Virus record (IMG/VR): IMGVR_UViG_3300027911_000001
Coordinates: 1-64,000 of that record
Strand: one strand, 5' to 3'
DNA from: a virus
DNA length: 64,000 nucleotides
The stretch's first letter is position 1, and the number at the start of each line of letters is the position of its first letter. Positions 35,129 through 41,873 of the stretch are shown one piece after another. Below the pieces are notes generated by a model. That model was given only the letters and a program-made list of their open reading frames with translations, was not told the DNA's origin and did no database searches. The translations under genes were made by a program, and so were the position numbers.

Positions 35129-35611
35129 TTACTCAAAACCCTTTGCGATGTCTTGAATGACTGAGTCTAGAGCTATGGATTTGGAAGATGCACATCTACC
35201 CCATATAACCAGGCCTTTGAAGTTTATAACCATTTCGTTGCGCTCTTTTAGCCGTTCGCCTAACCAATCGGAAACTATCCAATATTCTTGCGCTTCTCGG
35301 CAAACCTCGGATTGTTTGGTTTCTTTGTTTCGAGCTTCACAGCAACATTCGTCCAGGTCTTCTTTGTGCCTCGAACTGTAACCACATTGAGAACATTGAT
35401 ACACTGTCCCATGGGACACACGCACGAGATCGCTCGCATATTTCTGGTCTCTTAGGAGTTCTTTTACCATGTTCGAAACGCAGTAATGGACTTCATGTAT
35501 AGCCAGCCGATAAGCCCTGATAGATAGTTCCATATTAGTATGCCTCGAATGACCAGACCTTAAAATATTTAAAATGTCAACGGAAATTTCACTTTTGGTA
35601 TTATTGCCCAC
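35129..35611 (-). CDS. hypothetical Cys-rich protein
   Basis: 160-aa ORF containing CSQCGYSS...CCCEAR. Confidence 0.7.
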   Translation of the reverse strand: MGNNTKSEISVDILNILRSGHSRHTNMELSIRAYRLAIHEVHYCVSNMVKELLRDQKYASDLVRVSHGTVYQCSQCGYSSRHKEDLDECCCEARNKETKQSEVCREAQEYWIVSDWLGERLKERNEMVINFKGLVIWGRCASSKSIALDSVIQDIAKGFE

Positions 35612-35882
35612 CGAATCCGATTTTGAAGTCTACCCCACTAGTCAAATGCGGCAGTCTCCTGATATGTGACTCCCTATCTTGATAGATATGCTTGACTTCA
35701 ACGTGTTCGGTCATGTCTAAAAACTTGCCCGCGTCGATGTCTTCCTCAAGATAGGCATAGCGCTTCGATTCGTAACTGCACCGAGTAAACACATGGCCCT
35801 TGGCTTGTAACTCCCTGATTAGTTTTAGCGGTACTCTTAACCAACCGTGTCCTGAATCACTATAAGATTTTAATTTAAGCAT
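35601..35882 (-). CDS. hypothetical protein
   Basis: Start moved to ATG 35882 after AAAGGAG. The track's GTG extension lies inside the conserved leader repeat. Confidence 0.65.
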   Translation of the reverse strand: MLKLKSYSDSGHGWLRVPLKLIRELQAKGHVFTRCSYESKRYAYLEEDIDAGKFLDMTEHVEVKHIYQDRESHIRRLPHLTSGVDFKIGFGGQ

Positions 35883-35887
35883 AGATA

Positions 35888-35920
35888 CTCCTTTGTTAAA
35901 ATTCACTTTTAAAATTCACT
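35888..35920 (-). promoter_or_regulatory. conserved leader AGTGAATTTTAACAAAGGAG plus an extra AGTGAATTTT half-copy (copy 2)
   Basis: See 30957. Confidence 0.6.
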
Positions 35921-35954
35921 CTTACGTACAGTCAATTTTTGACCACCAGGGCTA

Positions 35955-35998
35955 CCGATATCTATCGGGACACTGTGTCCAGATTAATGTCCAGATTA
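35955..35998. repeat. palindrome CCGATA-TC-TATCGG followed by direct repeat TGTCCAGATTA x2
   Basis: Palindrome at 35955-35968. Direct repeats at 35976-35986 and 35988-35998. All lie in a 259-nt intergenic region. Confidence 0.7.
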
Positions 35999-36141
35999 CT
36001 ACCTACCTAGTTTTGCTAGCACATGAGTAGGATAAAATAGCGGACCAACCGAAAAGCATAGAAGTCTCTCCACACTATCCTTTGGTCGAGTTATTCTATA
36101 CATGGCTAGGCTAGAATAAACCCAATACAAAACTAAGTAAA

Positions 36142-36339
36142 TCATTTTGACCTCTTTTTGTTAACTTTAGTCATTTCCTTACACATTATGTTAGCCATAA
36201 TCCTAACATGGTCAAAGGGATTTTTGCCTGTTTCGCCTGCTCGATATGATTCTATCGACATTGCCTTAAGCTCGTCGCATATCTTGGCTAGGGATACTTC
36301 GTTGCAGTCTTTTTTATTAACTACCGTTTTCTTATCCAT
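36142..36339 (-). CDS. small hypothetical protein
   Basis: 65-aa ORF with the conserved leader upstream. Confidence 0.6.
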   Translation of the reverse strand: MDKKTVVNKKDCNEVSLAKICDELKAMSIESYRAGETGKNPFDHVRIMANIMCKEMTKVNKKRSK

Positions 36340-36343
36340 ATTA

Positions 36344-36363
36344 TCTCCTTGTTAAAATTCACT
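36344..36363 (-). promoter_or_regulatory. conserved leader (copy 3)
   Basis: Plus strand reads tctccttgttaaaattcact, identical to 30957-30976. Confidence 0.6.
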
Positions 36364-36394
36364 TTTTATAAACATTGCTAATTAAACTCAATTT

Positions 36395-36874
36395 TTAGCC
36401 CTCCCTATAGGTCCCCAGCGCATCGCTATATTTAATTGGATTTTTGACGGCTAGCCCTGTTACCTTGCGAGCATAGTTTACTCCGTCCGTCCAATCTTTA
36501 GCCGATCCGTCGCTTGACACCCTAACACAGTCTCCTAGTCTATGCTTGAGAATAGCCAAACATGCAACGACTACTAAGTCATAAGGCTTTTGCGCTGTTT
36601 TGCAAAAATTAAACCCCTCATTGGCTAAGTTTTCGTTAAAATGCTCTCTTAGCACGAAAGTCTCATGACCGTCGTCGCCCTTGCCGTTTACATTGATGCC
36701 GCCATATTGGCCTATCTTGGTATGCGCTGAATATCCGGATAGTCCGCCATTCTCGGCATAGTATCGTTTGATTACCCTTTGACAGTCTTCGATAGCGCGT
36801 TGATACTTATTCTCAATTGCCGTCGCTTGACTTCTCGATGCCGCTTTGAAAGTAAAATAATGTGTATAGCCCAT
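36395..36874 (-). CDS. hypothetical protein
   Basis: 159-aa ORF with the conserved leader upstream. Confidence 0.75.
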   Translation of the reverse strand: MGYTHYFTFKAASRSQATAIENKYQRAIEDCQRVIKRYYAENGGLSGYSAHTKIGQYGGINVNGKGDDGHETFVLREHFNENLANEGFNFCKTAQKPYDLVVVACLAILKHRLGDCVRVSSDGSAKDWTDGVNYARKVTGLAVKNPIKYSDALGTYREG

Positions 36875-36878
36875 ATAG

Positions 36879-36898
36879 TCTCCTTGTTGAAATTCACT
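36879..36898 (-). promoter_or_regulatory. conserved leader (copy 4, 1 mismatch)
   Basis: Plus strand reads tctccttgttgaaattcact. Confidence 0.6.
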
Positions 36899-36939
36899 TT
36901 TAAATTAAGTGAGTTAGTTTGTTAAAAATTGACCTATCC

Positions 36940-37131
36940 TTACCCTGTTAAACTATCGTCAATGGTTAGCTCGCTTTTAAGGTATATCTCGCCATTGTTT
37001 AGCTCATAGCCATATTCAAAATGAGCGCTTGACTCGCCACAATGCCCTAGGCTTGACTCATTGACTTGGGTCATACAATAAGGACATACTAGGACCTTGT
37101 TAGTTACTTGACTAATATCTATTCGTTTCAT
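36940..37131 (-). CDS. small Cys-containing protein
   Basis: 63-aa ORF with CPYC...HC. Confidence 0.55.
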   Translation of the reverse strand: MKRIDISQVTNKVLVCPYCMTQVNESSLGHCGESSAHFEYGYELNNGEIYLKSELTIDDSLTG

Positions 37132-37134
37132 TGG

Positions 37135-37266
37135 TTAGTCTCCTTTTAGTTTAATTAACAGTCTTAAATATTTAAACGGGCAATAGTATGGACATTTATC
37201 GTCGTGCATAGTTTCAGGCAATGCGCCACAATGCCCGCATTTTGACGTATATTGAATTCTAATCAT
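37135..37266 (-). CDS. Cys-rich mini-protein (43 aa)
   Basis: Manual translation gives MIRIQYTSKCGHCGALPETMHDDKCPYYCPF.... Confidence 0.45.
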   Translation of the reverse strand: MIRIQYTSKCGHCGALPETMHDDKCPYYCPFKYLRLLIKLKGD

Positions 37267-37286
37267 AGTCCTATCTCCTTATTTTG

Positions 37287-37961
37287 TTATGCTACCCTAT
37301 CCCATGCCGTGTTAGACCATTTTTTAGCATGGTGAAAGACTAAACCGACCTTGTTAGACTCGCCCATAGCCGCCACCATGTCGTCAATTGTACCGTTAAC
37401 ATATCCCGCTTGAGTTAATAGCTCGATTGACTCGAAAACTCGACTATGCCTATCCGTGTTAACGTCAATCAATGCGTCTTGTTTTCCGCCGAAACTATAA
37501 ATTAAAGTAAAGTTAGCAGGGATAGCGCCTAGTTGAGTTAATTGTTTGAATAACTTTACTTGCTTAGTGTACGCATAGAACGACACGCGAAAATCACTCT
37601 TAAAATGTCGCATGACTTCAAGCCATTTATTGACATAGGCTAGGTCGTAAAAATCCCCACTATCGTGAATTCTGATTTTTAGTTGTTTAACCGACCGCTT
37701 TTTTAACCATAGGTCAATTTCACTAATCATAACGCTCGCAAAATCATCTTGTTGAGTCAATGCGAGCTTTGATTCGTGCGCTCGCCTAACATTGCTAAAA
37801 AGATAGGTACCTGATCGAGCATAACAGCCTTTCGCGCATGCCCCTGCTTGAGGACATGTCCTAAAACCGTTTTGACTTAAAAAGGCTGGGATAGTCCAAT
37901 TGACGACGACTAAACCGTTTTGACTTGACTTCTTCATTTTTGTATTTTGAACTAATAACAT
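37287..37961 (-). CDS. conserved Cys-cluster protein, possibly GP88-like
   Basis: The LLVQNTKMKKS...TCPQAGACAKGCYA N-terminus resembles the phage gene-product-88 family as remembered. Not verified. Confidence 0.4.
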   Translation of the reverse strand: MLLVQNTKMKKSSQNGLVVVNWTIPAFLSQNGFRTCPQAGACAKGCYARSGTYLFSNVRRAHESKLALTQQDDFASVMISEIDLWLKKRSVKQLKIRIHDSGDFYDLAYVNKWLEVMRHFKSDFRVSFYAYTKQVKLFKQLTQLGAIPANFTLIYSFGGKQDALIDVNTDRHSRVFESIELLTQAGYVNGTIDDMVAAMGESNKVGLVFHHAKKWSNTAWDRVA

Positions 37962-38182
37962 AACTTACCCTTTCGTTTTTGTTTAGCGTTTATAGAGTTT
38001 TCTAGTCTCTCTATTAGTTTCGTTAGATATCTCTCATGATATTCTAACACGTCAAAGTCATTATGTCCGCATAGGTCTATGATACCATCCGATTGATCTA
38101 TGGACCTCTCTATGTCCGATAATTCACTTTTAGTCAATGGCTCTCGACTATCCAAAAATTGACTAGGTAGGGGATTAAACAT
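37952..38182 (-). CDS. small hypothetical protein
   Basis: 76-aa ORF. Its leader AAAGGAGTCAATTTTATG is shared with 38200..38772. Confidence 0.6.
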   Translation of the reverse strand: MFNPLPSQFLDSREPLTKSELSDIERSIDQSDGIIDLCGHNDFDVLEYHERYLTKLIERLENSINAKQKRKGKLCY

Positions 38183-38199
38183 AAAATTGACTCCTTTGG

Positions 38200-38772
38200 T
38201 TATGCAACCCTTTTTTTGGTTTTTGCCTTAGTCTTAGTCTTAGTCTTAGTCTTAGTCTTAGTCTTAGTCTTAGTCTTTTTAACTTTGGGTAAAGTCATAT
38301 GCTCGCCGTTGACGATAGTCATAACGTTATTTTTAATTAATATAGTCCCGATATCGTCAAAATTCTCGCCGCGCCATTGCACGCAACCCGTTAGCTCATA
38401 GCCCTTTGGTTTTAGGACCTTATTGATTATGTATTCAATCCATGCAATATAATTGTAAAACTTTTCGCCACCATCCCATGCAATGCCCGTGCCATTGTCA
38501 TTAGGTCGCCATTGACACCATAAACCGGGTTGAGTTCTAGGCGGTCGGTTATGATCTAAAACCGTGTCGTCGTCGTCTTGACCTGCAAAACCGTCGCCGT
38601 TGACAAAAAACTCGCCGTCAATGCCGTAGTCAATGCCCGTTTTAGCTTTTAGTTTTGCACTATCTCTTAGCATGCGTCTAGTCTCATTCAGTTTGACTAA
38701 AAAACCATGCGTGTCGAGGTCAAGCGGTTTATTAAGTTTAAATGTCCCGTTAAAATCCGTAGTATATCCCAT
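38200..38772 (-). CDS. hypothetical protein with C-terminal (Lys-Thr)n tail
   Basis: 190-aa ORF whose tail is encoded by a hexanucleotide microsatellite. Confidence 0.75.
   Translation of the reverse strand: MGYTTDFNGTFKLNKPLDLDTHGFLVKLNETRRMLRDSAKLKAKTGIDYGIDGEFFVNGDGFAGQDDDDTVLDHNRPPRTQPGLWCQWRPNDNGTGIAWDGGEKFYNYIAWIEYIINKVLKPKGYELTGCVQWRGENFDDIGTILIKNNVMTIVNGEHMTLPKVKKTKTKTKTKTKTKTKTKAKTKKRVA
38227..38274. repeat. (CTTAGT) x8 perfect microsatellite inside a CDS
   Basis: Encodes KTKTKTKTKTKTKTKT on the minus strand. The unit length of 6 keeps the reading frame. Confidence 0.95.
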
Positions 38773-38786
38773 AAAATTGACTCCTT

Positions 38787-39005
38787 TTAGTTTAGTTTCG
38801 ATAGTTCAATTTCAAGTCTATCTCTTAGGCCATACCATGACCTAAGAGCGTCTTTTTGGTTTTTATGTCCCGACTGCGTTAAGTATCCCGCAATTTTAAA
38901 AGCATGGCGTGGCGTTAGATCAATATGCAAGGTATATGTCCCATTGACTTTTTTGGTTATATGTCCACGCGCTAAGCCAAAAATACTAGATAGATAGTAT
39001 GTCAT
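38787..39005 (-). CDS. small hypothetical protein
   Basis: 72-aa ORF. Confidence 0.6.
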   Translation of the reverse strand: MTYYLSSIFGLARGHITKKVNGTYTLHIDLTPRHAFKIAGYLTQSGHKNQKDALRSWYGLRDRLEIELSKLN

Positions 39006-39008
39006 AAC

Positions 39009-39407
39009 TCACGCCACTCTCTTTTTGTTTTTAAAATCGACCGCGATAACTTCACACAATGGATTATCTAATTGTGCGGCTAGTGCGGCGCCCATAATAG
39101 TCTCTTTACATCCAAAATCAGGCCTAACAATGTTATCAGGGGCTTGACGCCATGTCGCGTCATTATACCATAGGTCAATCCATTTAATACCGCCACGCGC
39201 ATTGTCCCTATCGGCTACGGTAGGCTGATAGGCTTTTACGCCATACTCTCGACTAACAGCGTTTGAAATATCAATGCCATACAATTGACCTAACTGATTA
39301 GCTTTTTTGAGTTTTGCCCATACTTTCGCGTCAAGCCTAACTCTCACCTTGACGGTATCTTGATAACTTCTCTCGACTGAAACTATCCTAAAATCAAAAC
39401 TTAGCAT
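39009..39407 (-). CDS. hypothetical protein
   Basis: 132-aa ORF. First gene after sigma54-type promoter (d). Confidence 0.7.
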   Translation of the reverse strand: MLSFDFRIVSVERSYQDTVKVRVRLDAKVWAKLKKANQLGQLYGIDISNAVSREYGVKAYQPTVADRDNARGGIKWIDLWYNDATWRQAPDNIVRPDFGCKETIMGAALAAQLDNPLCEVIAVDFKNKKRVA

Positions 39408-39448
39408 ATATCCTACCTTTCGACCTATCCGGTCACACTATAGACTAT

Positions 39449-39464
39449 TGCATAGGCTAGGCCA
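39449..39464 (-). promoter_or_regulatory. sigma54-type -24/-12 promoter (d)
   Basis: Minus strand reads TTGGCCTAGCCTATGCAA. Confidence 0.5.
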
Positions 39465-39578
39465 AACGAATCAATGTGATATTATTGACTAATCAATGCA
39501 ATAAGCATTTTTTAACCTGTAGAACTTTTATACACTGTGACAATTTTTGGCAACGATGCGAAACTAAAAGCCTTTTAT

Positions 39579-39595
39579 ATGACAATTATTGTCAT
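39579..39595. promoter_or_regulatory. perfect palindrome ATGACAAT-T-ATTGTCAT about 115 nt upstream of promoter (d)
   Basis: 8-bp arms. Overlaps the stop codon of 39592..40011. Same GACAA/TTGTC core as 32087 and 33457. Confidence 0.5.
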
Positions 39596-40011
39596 GCGCT
39601 TTTTGCCTCAATGCGTTGACGCTCGCTATTAAAGTCATTCCCTAGGGCTAGCCTTAATTTTTTGTTTATGTCCATGCATTCCCTATATGTGTCAAGCGCT
39701 TTTAGGCTATCGTTACTATAACCAAAGTTATCGCAAAAATCATTGAATGACTCACTACCTGCTTGACTATCTGAAAACAGGCATTCTAAGACTTGATCAA
39801 TTTCCGGTACGTGTACCCATTCTTTTTCGAGCGAGATAGTTTTAATAGCCGGTTTAGTCCAAAGTCTCTTACCGAAAAGGTTGACCTTACCCGTTGCGTG
39901 ACCTAGTCCGGTCTTATAATCAAAACTAACGCCATTGATCATAACATGCCATTTATAATGTGCCCATTCTTTTGATTCGTTTCTACCTGTAAAATTTATT
40001 GAGTATTTCAT
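39592..40011 (-). CDS. hypothetical protein
   Basis: 139-aa ORF. Confidence 0.7.
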   Translation of the reverse strand: MKYSINFTGRNESKEWAHYKWHVMINGVSFDYKTGLGHATGKVNLFGKRLWTKPAIKTISLEKEWVHVPEIDQVLECLFSDSQAGSESFNDFCDNFGYSNDSLKALDTYRECMDINKKLRLALGNDFNSERQRIEAKSA

Positions 40012-40031
40012 AAAATCCCTTTCAAGGAGTT

Positions 40032-40080
40032 ATAGGGCATAACAGTTTGGCTTAGTCGATTGACTCCTGCTATGCCCTAT
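40032..40080. repeat. 10-bp inverted repeat ATAGGGCATA / TATGCCCTAT (29-nt spacer)
   Basis: Lies in the 78-nt gap between 40090..40878 and 39592..40011. No T-run follows. Confidence 0.6.
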
Positions 40081-40089
40081 TAGGTGGGT

Positions 40090-40878
40090 TTAGGCGGCAA
40101 GTTTTAAAACCGCATCAAATAAACCTTGGTTAAAATCCATGTCTTTTACTGTATTGGGTTTAATAGTCCTAGTTGACATATGTCTAACATTGTTTTGACC
40201 ATTGTTATCAATGCTTTGTGTCGTATATGCTACCCGACCGCCTAGCATTGAGTTTTCTTGCACTACGTTAAAAACCGACCACGCATCATTGCCGGTATCT
40301 TCAGCGCGTTTAGGAGTCAATAGACGATGCCTGATATTCAAAGCGTTTTCAGGAGTTAGCAATTTAATAGCGTCTTGAGCTAACTGCTCTTTTAGTTCAG
40401 GAGTCAACTCAATGCCTTGCAATTTTTGGATAGTCTCACCTAGTCGTTTTTGAATATCAAGGGCATGCGCAACGGCTAAGTCAAGATTTTCGTAAGTATC
40501 GCCATTGTGTCGAATCCCCTCGCTGAAAAATGACTTGCCTGCTACCATACCGTTTGAACACACTAGGCGATAGATACCGACTAAAATTTCAGTTAGTCCC
40601 CTACCCATATGAGGATTTTTGACTAATAGGTCTAAAAAGATCGGTTTTCCATCCTTATCATGCGAAACTACCGGACCTCTAAACCTGCTAATCGTTTTTT
40701 GAAAGTCTACCTTATCAGCGTGGCGAGCGTTGCCCGTTTTAATACTAACTAAACTTAGGCCATGTTTTTGCATGGTATCGCCTATTGACGACGCTTGAAT
40801 GACCTTGTATTTTTCAGATACAAGACTATGACGCTGATTTTGCACGTAACTACCTGAAATGTTTACAATGTTTGACAT
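40090..40878 (-). CDS. hypothetical protein, possibly DUF932-like
   Basis: Start moved to ATG 40878. The overall pattern (C-terminal NVVQENSMLGG) resembles DUF932 as remembered. Not verified. Confidence 0.55.
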   Translation of the reverse strand: MSNIVNISGSYVQNQRHSLVSEKYKVIQASSIGDTMQKHGLSLVSIKTGNARHADKVDFQKTISRFRGPVVSHDKDGKPIFLDLLVKNPHMGRGLTEILVGIYRLVCSNGMVAGKSFFSEGIRHNGDTYENLDLAVAHALDIQKRLGETIQKLQGIELTPELKEQLAQDAIKLLTPENALNIRHRLLTPKRAEDTGNDAWSVFNVVQENSMLGGRVAYTTQSIDNNGQNNVRHMSTRTIKPNTVKDMDFNQGLFDAVLKLAA

Positions 40879-40991
40879 AAATACTCTTTTCTGCACGTTA
40901 TAGCGTGCGGTTTAACTAAACAATAGGATACTTTTTAATAAAACACAACTAAATAAAACGACATAGACTAAAACCAAGTAACTTTTATGAC

Positions 40992-41147
40992 TCATATAGT
41001 TACCCAAACGGTATCATTTTGGCTAGGCCTTGGGATAGTCCCTTGTAGCTCGCCGTCAATAAACTTAGCCAAAACATTGCCTTGACTATCTATAAGGTAC
41101 TCCTCGCCGATACCCGTTAGGTCTTTTAGTTGTCCTATTCTGATCAT
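40992..41147 (-). CDS. small hypothetical protein (51 aa)
   Basis: Manual translation gives MIRIGQLKDLTGIGEEYLIDSQGNVLAKF.... AGGTGAG upstream. Confidence 0.45.
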   Translation of the reverse strand: MIRIGQLKDLTGIGEEYLIDSQGNVLAKFIDGELQGTIPRPSQNDTVWVTI

Positions 41148-41278
41148 AACTCACCTGAATCATAATAGCTATCGTGTTCGTCGATCATTTCAAACATGGC
41201 TAGCAATTCATTTTCTGTAAAATCATCGTTATTTAGTTCTAAGGTAACGGGATATGTGTTGTCGCTATAAGTTTTCAT
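41144..41278 (-). CDS. small acidic protein (44 aa)
   Basis: Manual translation gives MKTYSDNTYPVTLELNNDDFTENELLAMFEMIDEH.... ATGA-type overlap downstream. Confidence 0.45.
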   Translation of the reverse strand: MKTYSDNTYPVTLELNNDDFTENELLAMFEMIDEHDSYYDSGEL

Positions 41279-41288
41279 AAAAGCCTTT

Positions 41289-41387
41289 CTAGTTAGTTTT
41301 GGTTAAAGTTTTAGCAATTTTTGCCGCGAATACTGCAATGGTTAAAGTATTAAGGAATATTAAAAACAAAATAAATGAGTTATCCAT
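41289..41387 (-). CDS. membrane mini-peptide (32 aa)
   Basis: Manual translation gives MDNSFILFLIFLNTLTIAVFAAKIAKTLTKTN. AAAGGAGAC upstream. First ORF after sigma54-type promoter (e). Confidence 0.4.
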   Translation of the reverse strand: MDNSFILFLIFLNTLTIAVFAAKIAKTLTKTN

Positions 41388-41429
41388 AAAGTCTCCTTTG
41401 TAACCTTGTTGGTTACGGTTATAATATAT

Positions 41430-41445
41430 TGCATAGGCGATGCCA
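41430..41445 (-). promoter_or_regulatory. sigma54-type -24/-12 promoter (e)
   Basis: Minus strand reads TTGGCATCGCCTATGCAA. The leader contains the hairpin GTAACC-aacaa-GGTTAC. Confidence 0.55.
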
Positions 41446-41714
41446 AACGGACTAATGAGAGTAAAATCAGGGACTAATCAATGTGATATTTTAGTGTGTC
41501 ATTGAGTTAACCGTCAAAGCCTATATAAGGGCTAACCATAGTTAATTTAGTGTAGAACTTATATACACTAGTGACAATAAATGGCAAAGCATTGATATCA
41601 TAGCGTAACGTAGTGACAATTTTGGGCATATACTTGTAACATCGCGTTATTATAGGCATTTATAGGCGCTTTTTAAAGACGCTGTAAAAGGTACGTCAAG
41701 GATACGGTTTAGGT

Positions 41715-41776
41715 CTAGTCCCAAAGGTCAAACTAAGCTAGTTATATGAGCGTCAAAATAAACCGTTTGGGACTAG
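41715..41776. repeat. 11-bp inverted repeat CTAGTCCCAAA / TTTGGGACTAG
   Basis: Arms at 41715-41725 and 41766-41776. Confidence 0.8.
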
Positions 41777-41843
41777 CATAGGCATAGACTTAGGGTAGCG
41801 TTGCGGTCATTATACTGGTCAAGTGCTGTTATGAGGTCCTTTG

Positions 41844-41873
41844 CGCGTCTAAGACGCGGCTATAAGACGCTGT
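41844..41873. repeat. palindrome CGCGTCT-A-AGACGCG plus AAGACGCTGT repeat
   Basis: AAGACGCTGT also occurs at 41676-41685. GCGTCT occurs at 42006-42011. Confidence 0.75.

Noticed and set aside
40892-40910. Possible sixth sigma54-type site (plus strand TGCAC...GTGCGG)
   Set aside because: The GG-to-GC spacing is wrong by 3 nt, and the -24 element would read CCGCAC rather than TGGCAC. It also overlaps the likely spurious GTG extension of 40090..40878.
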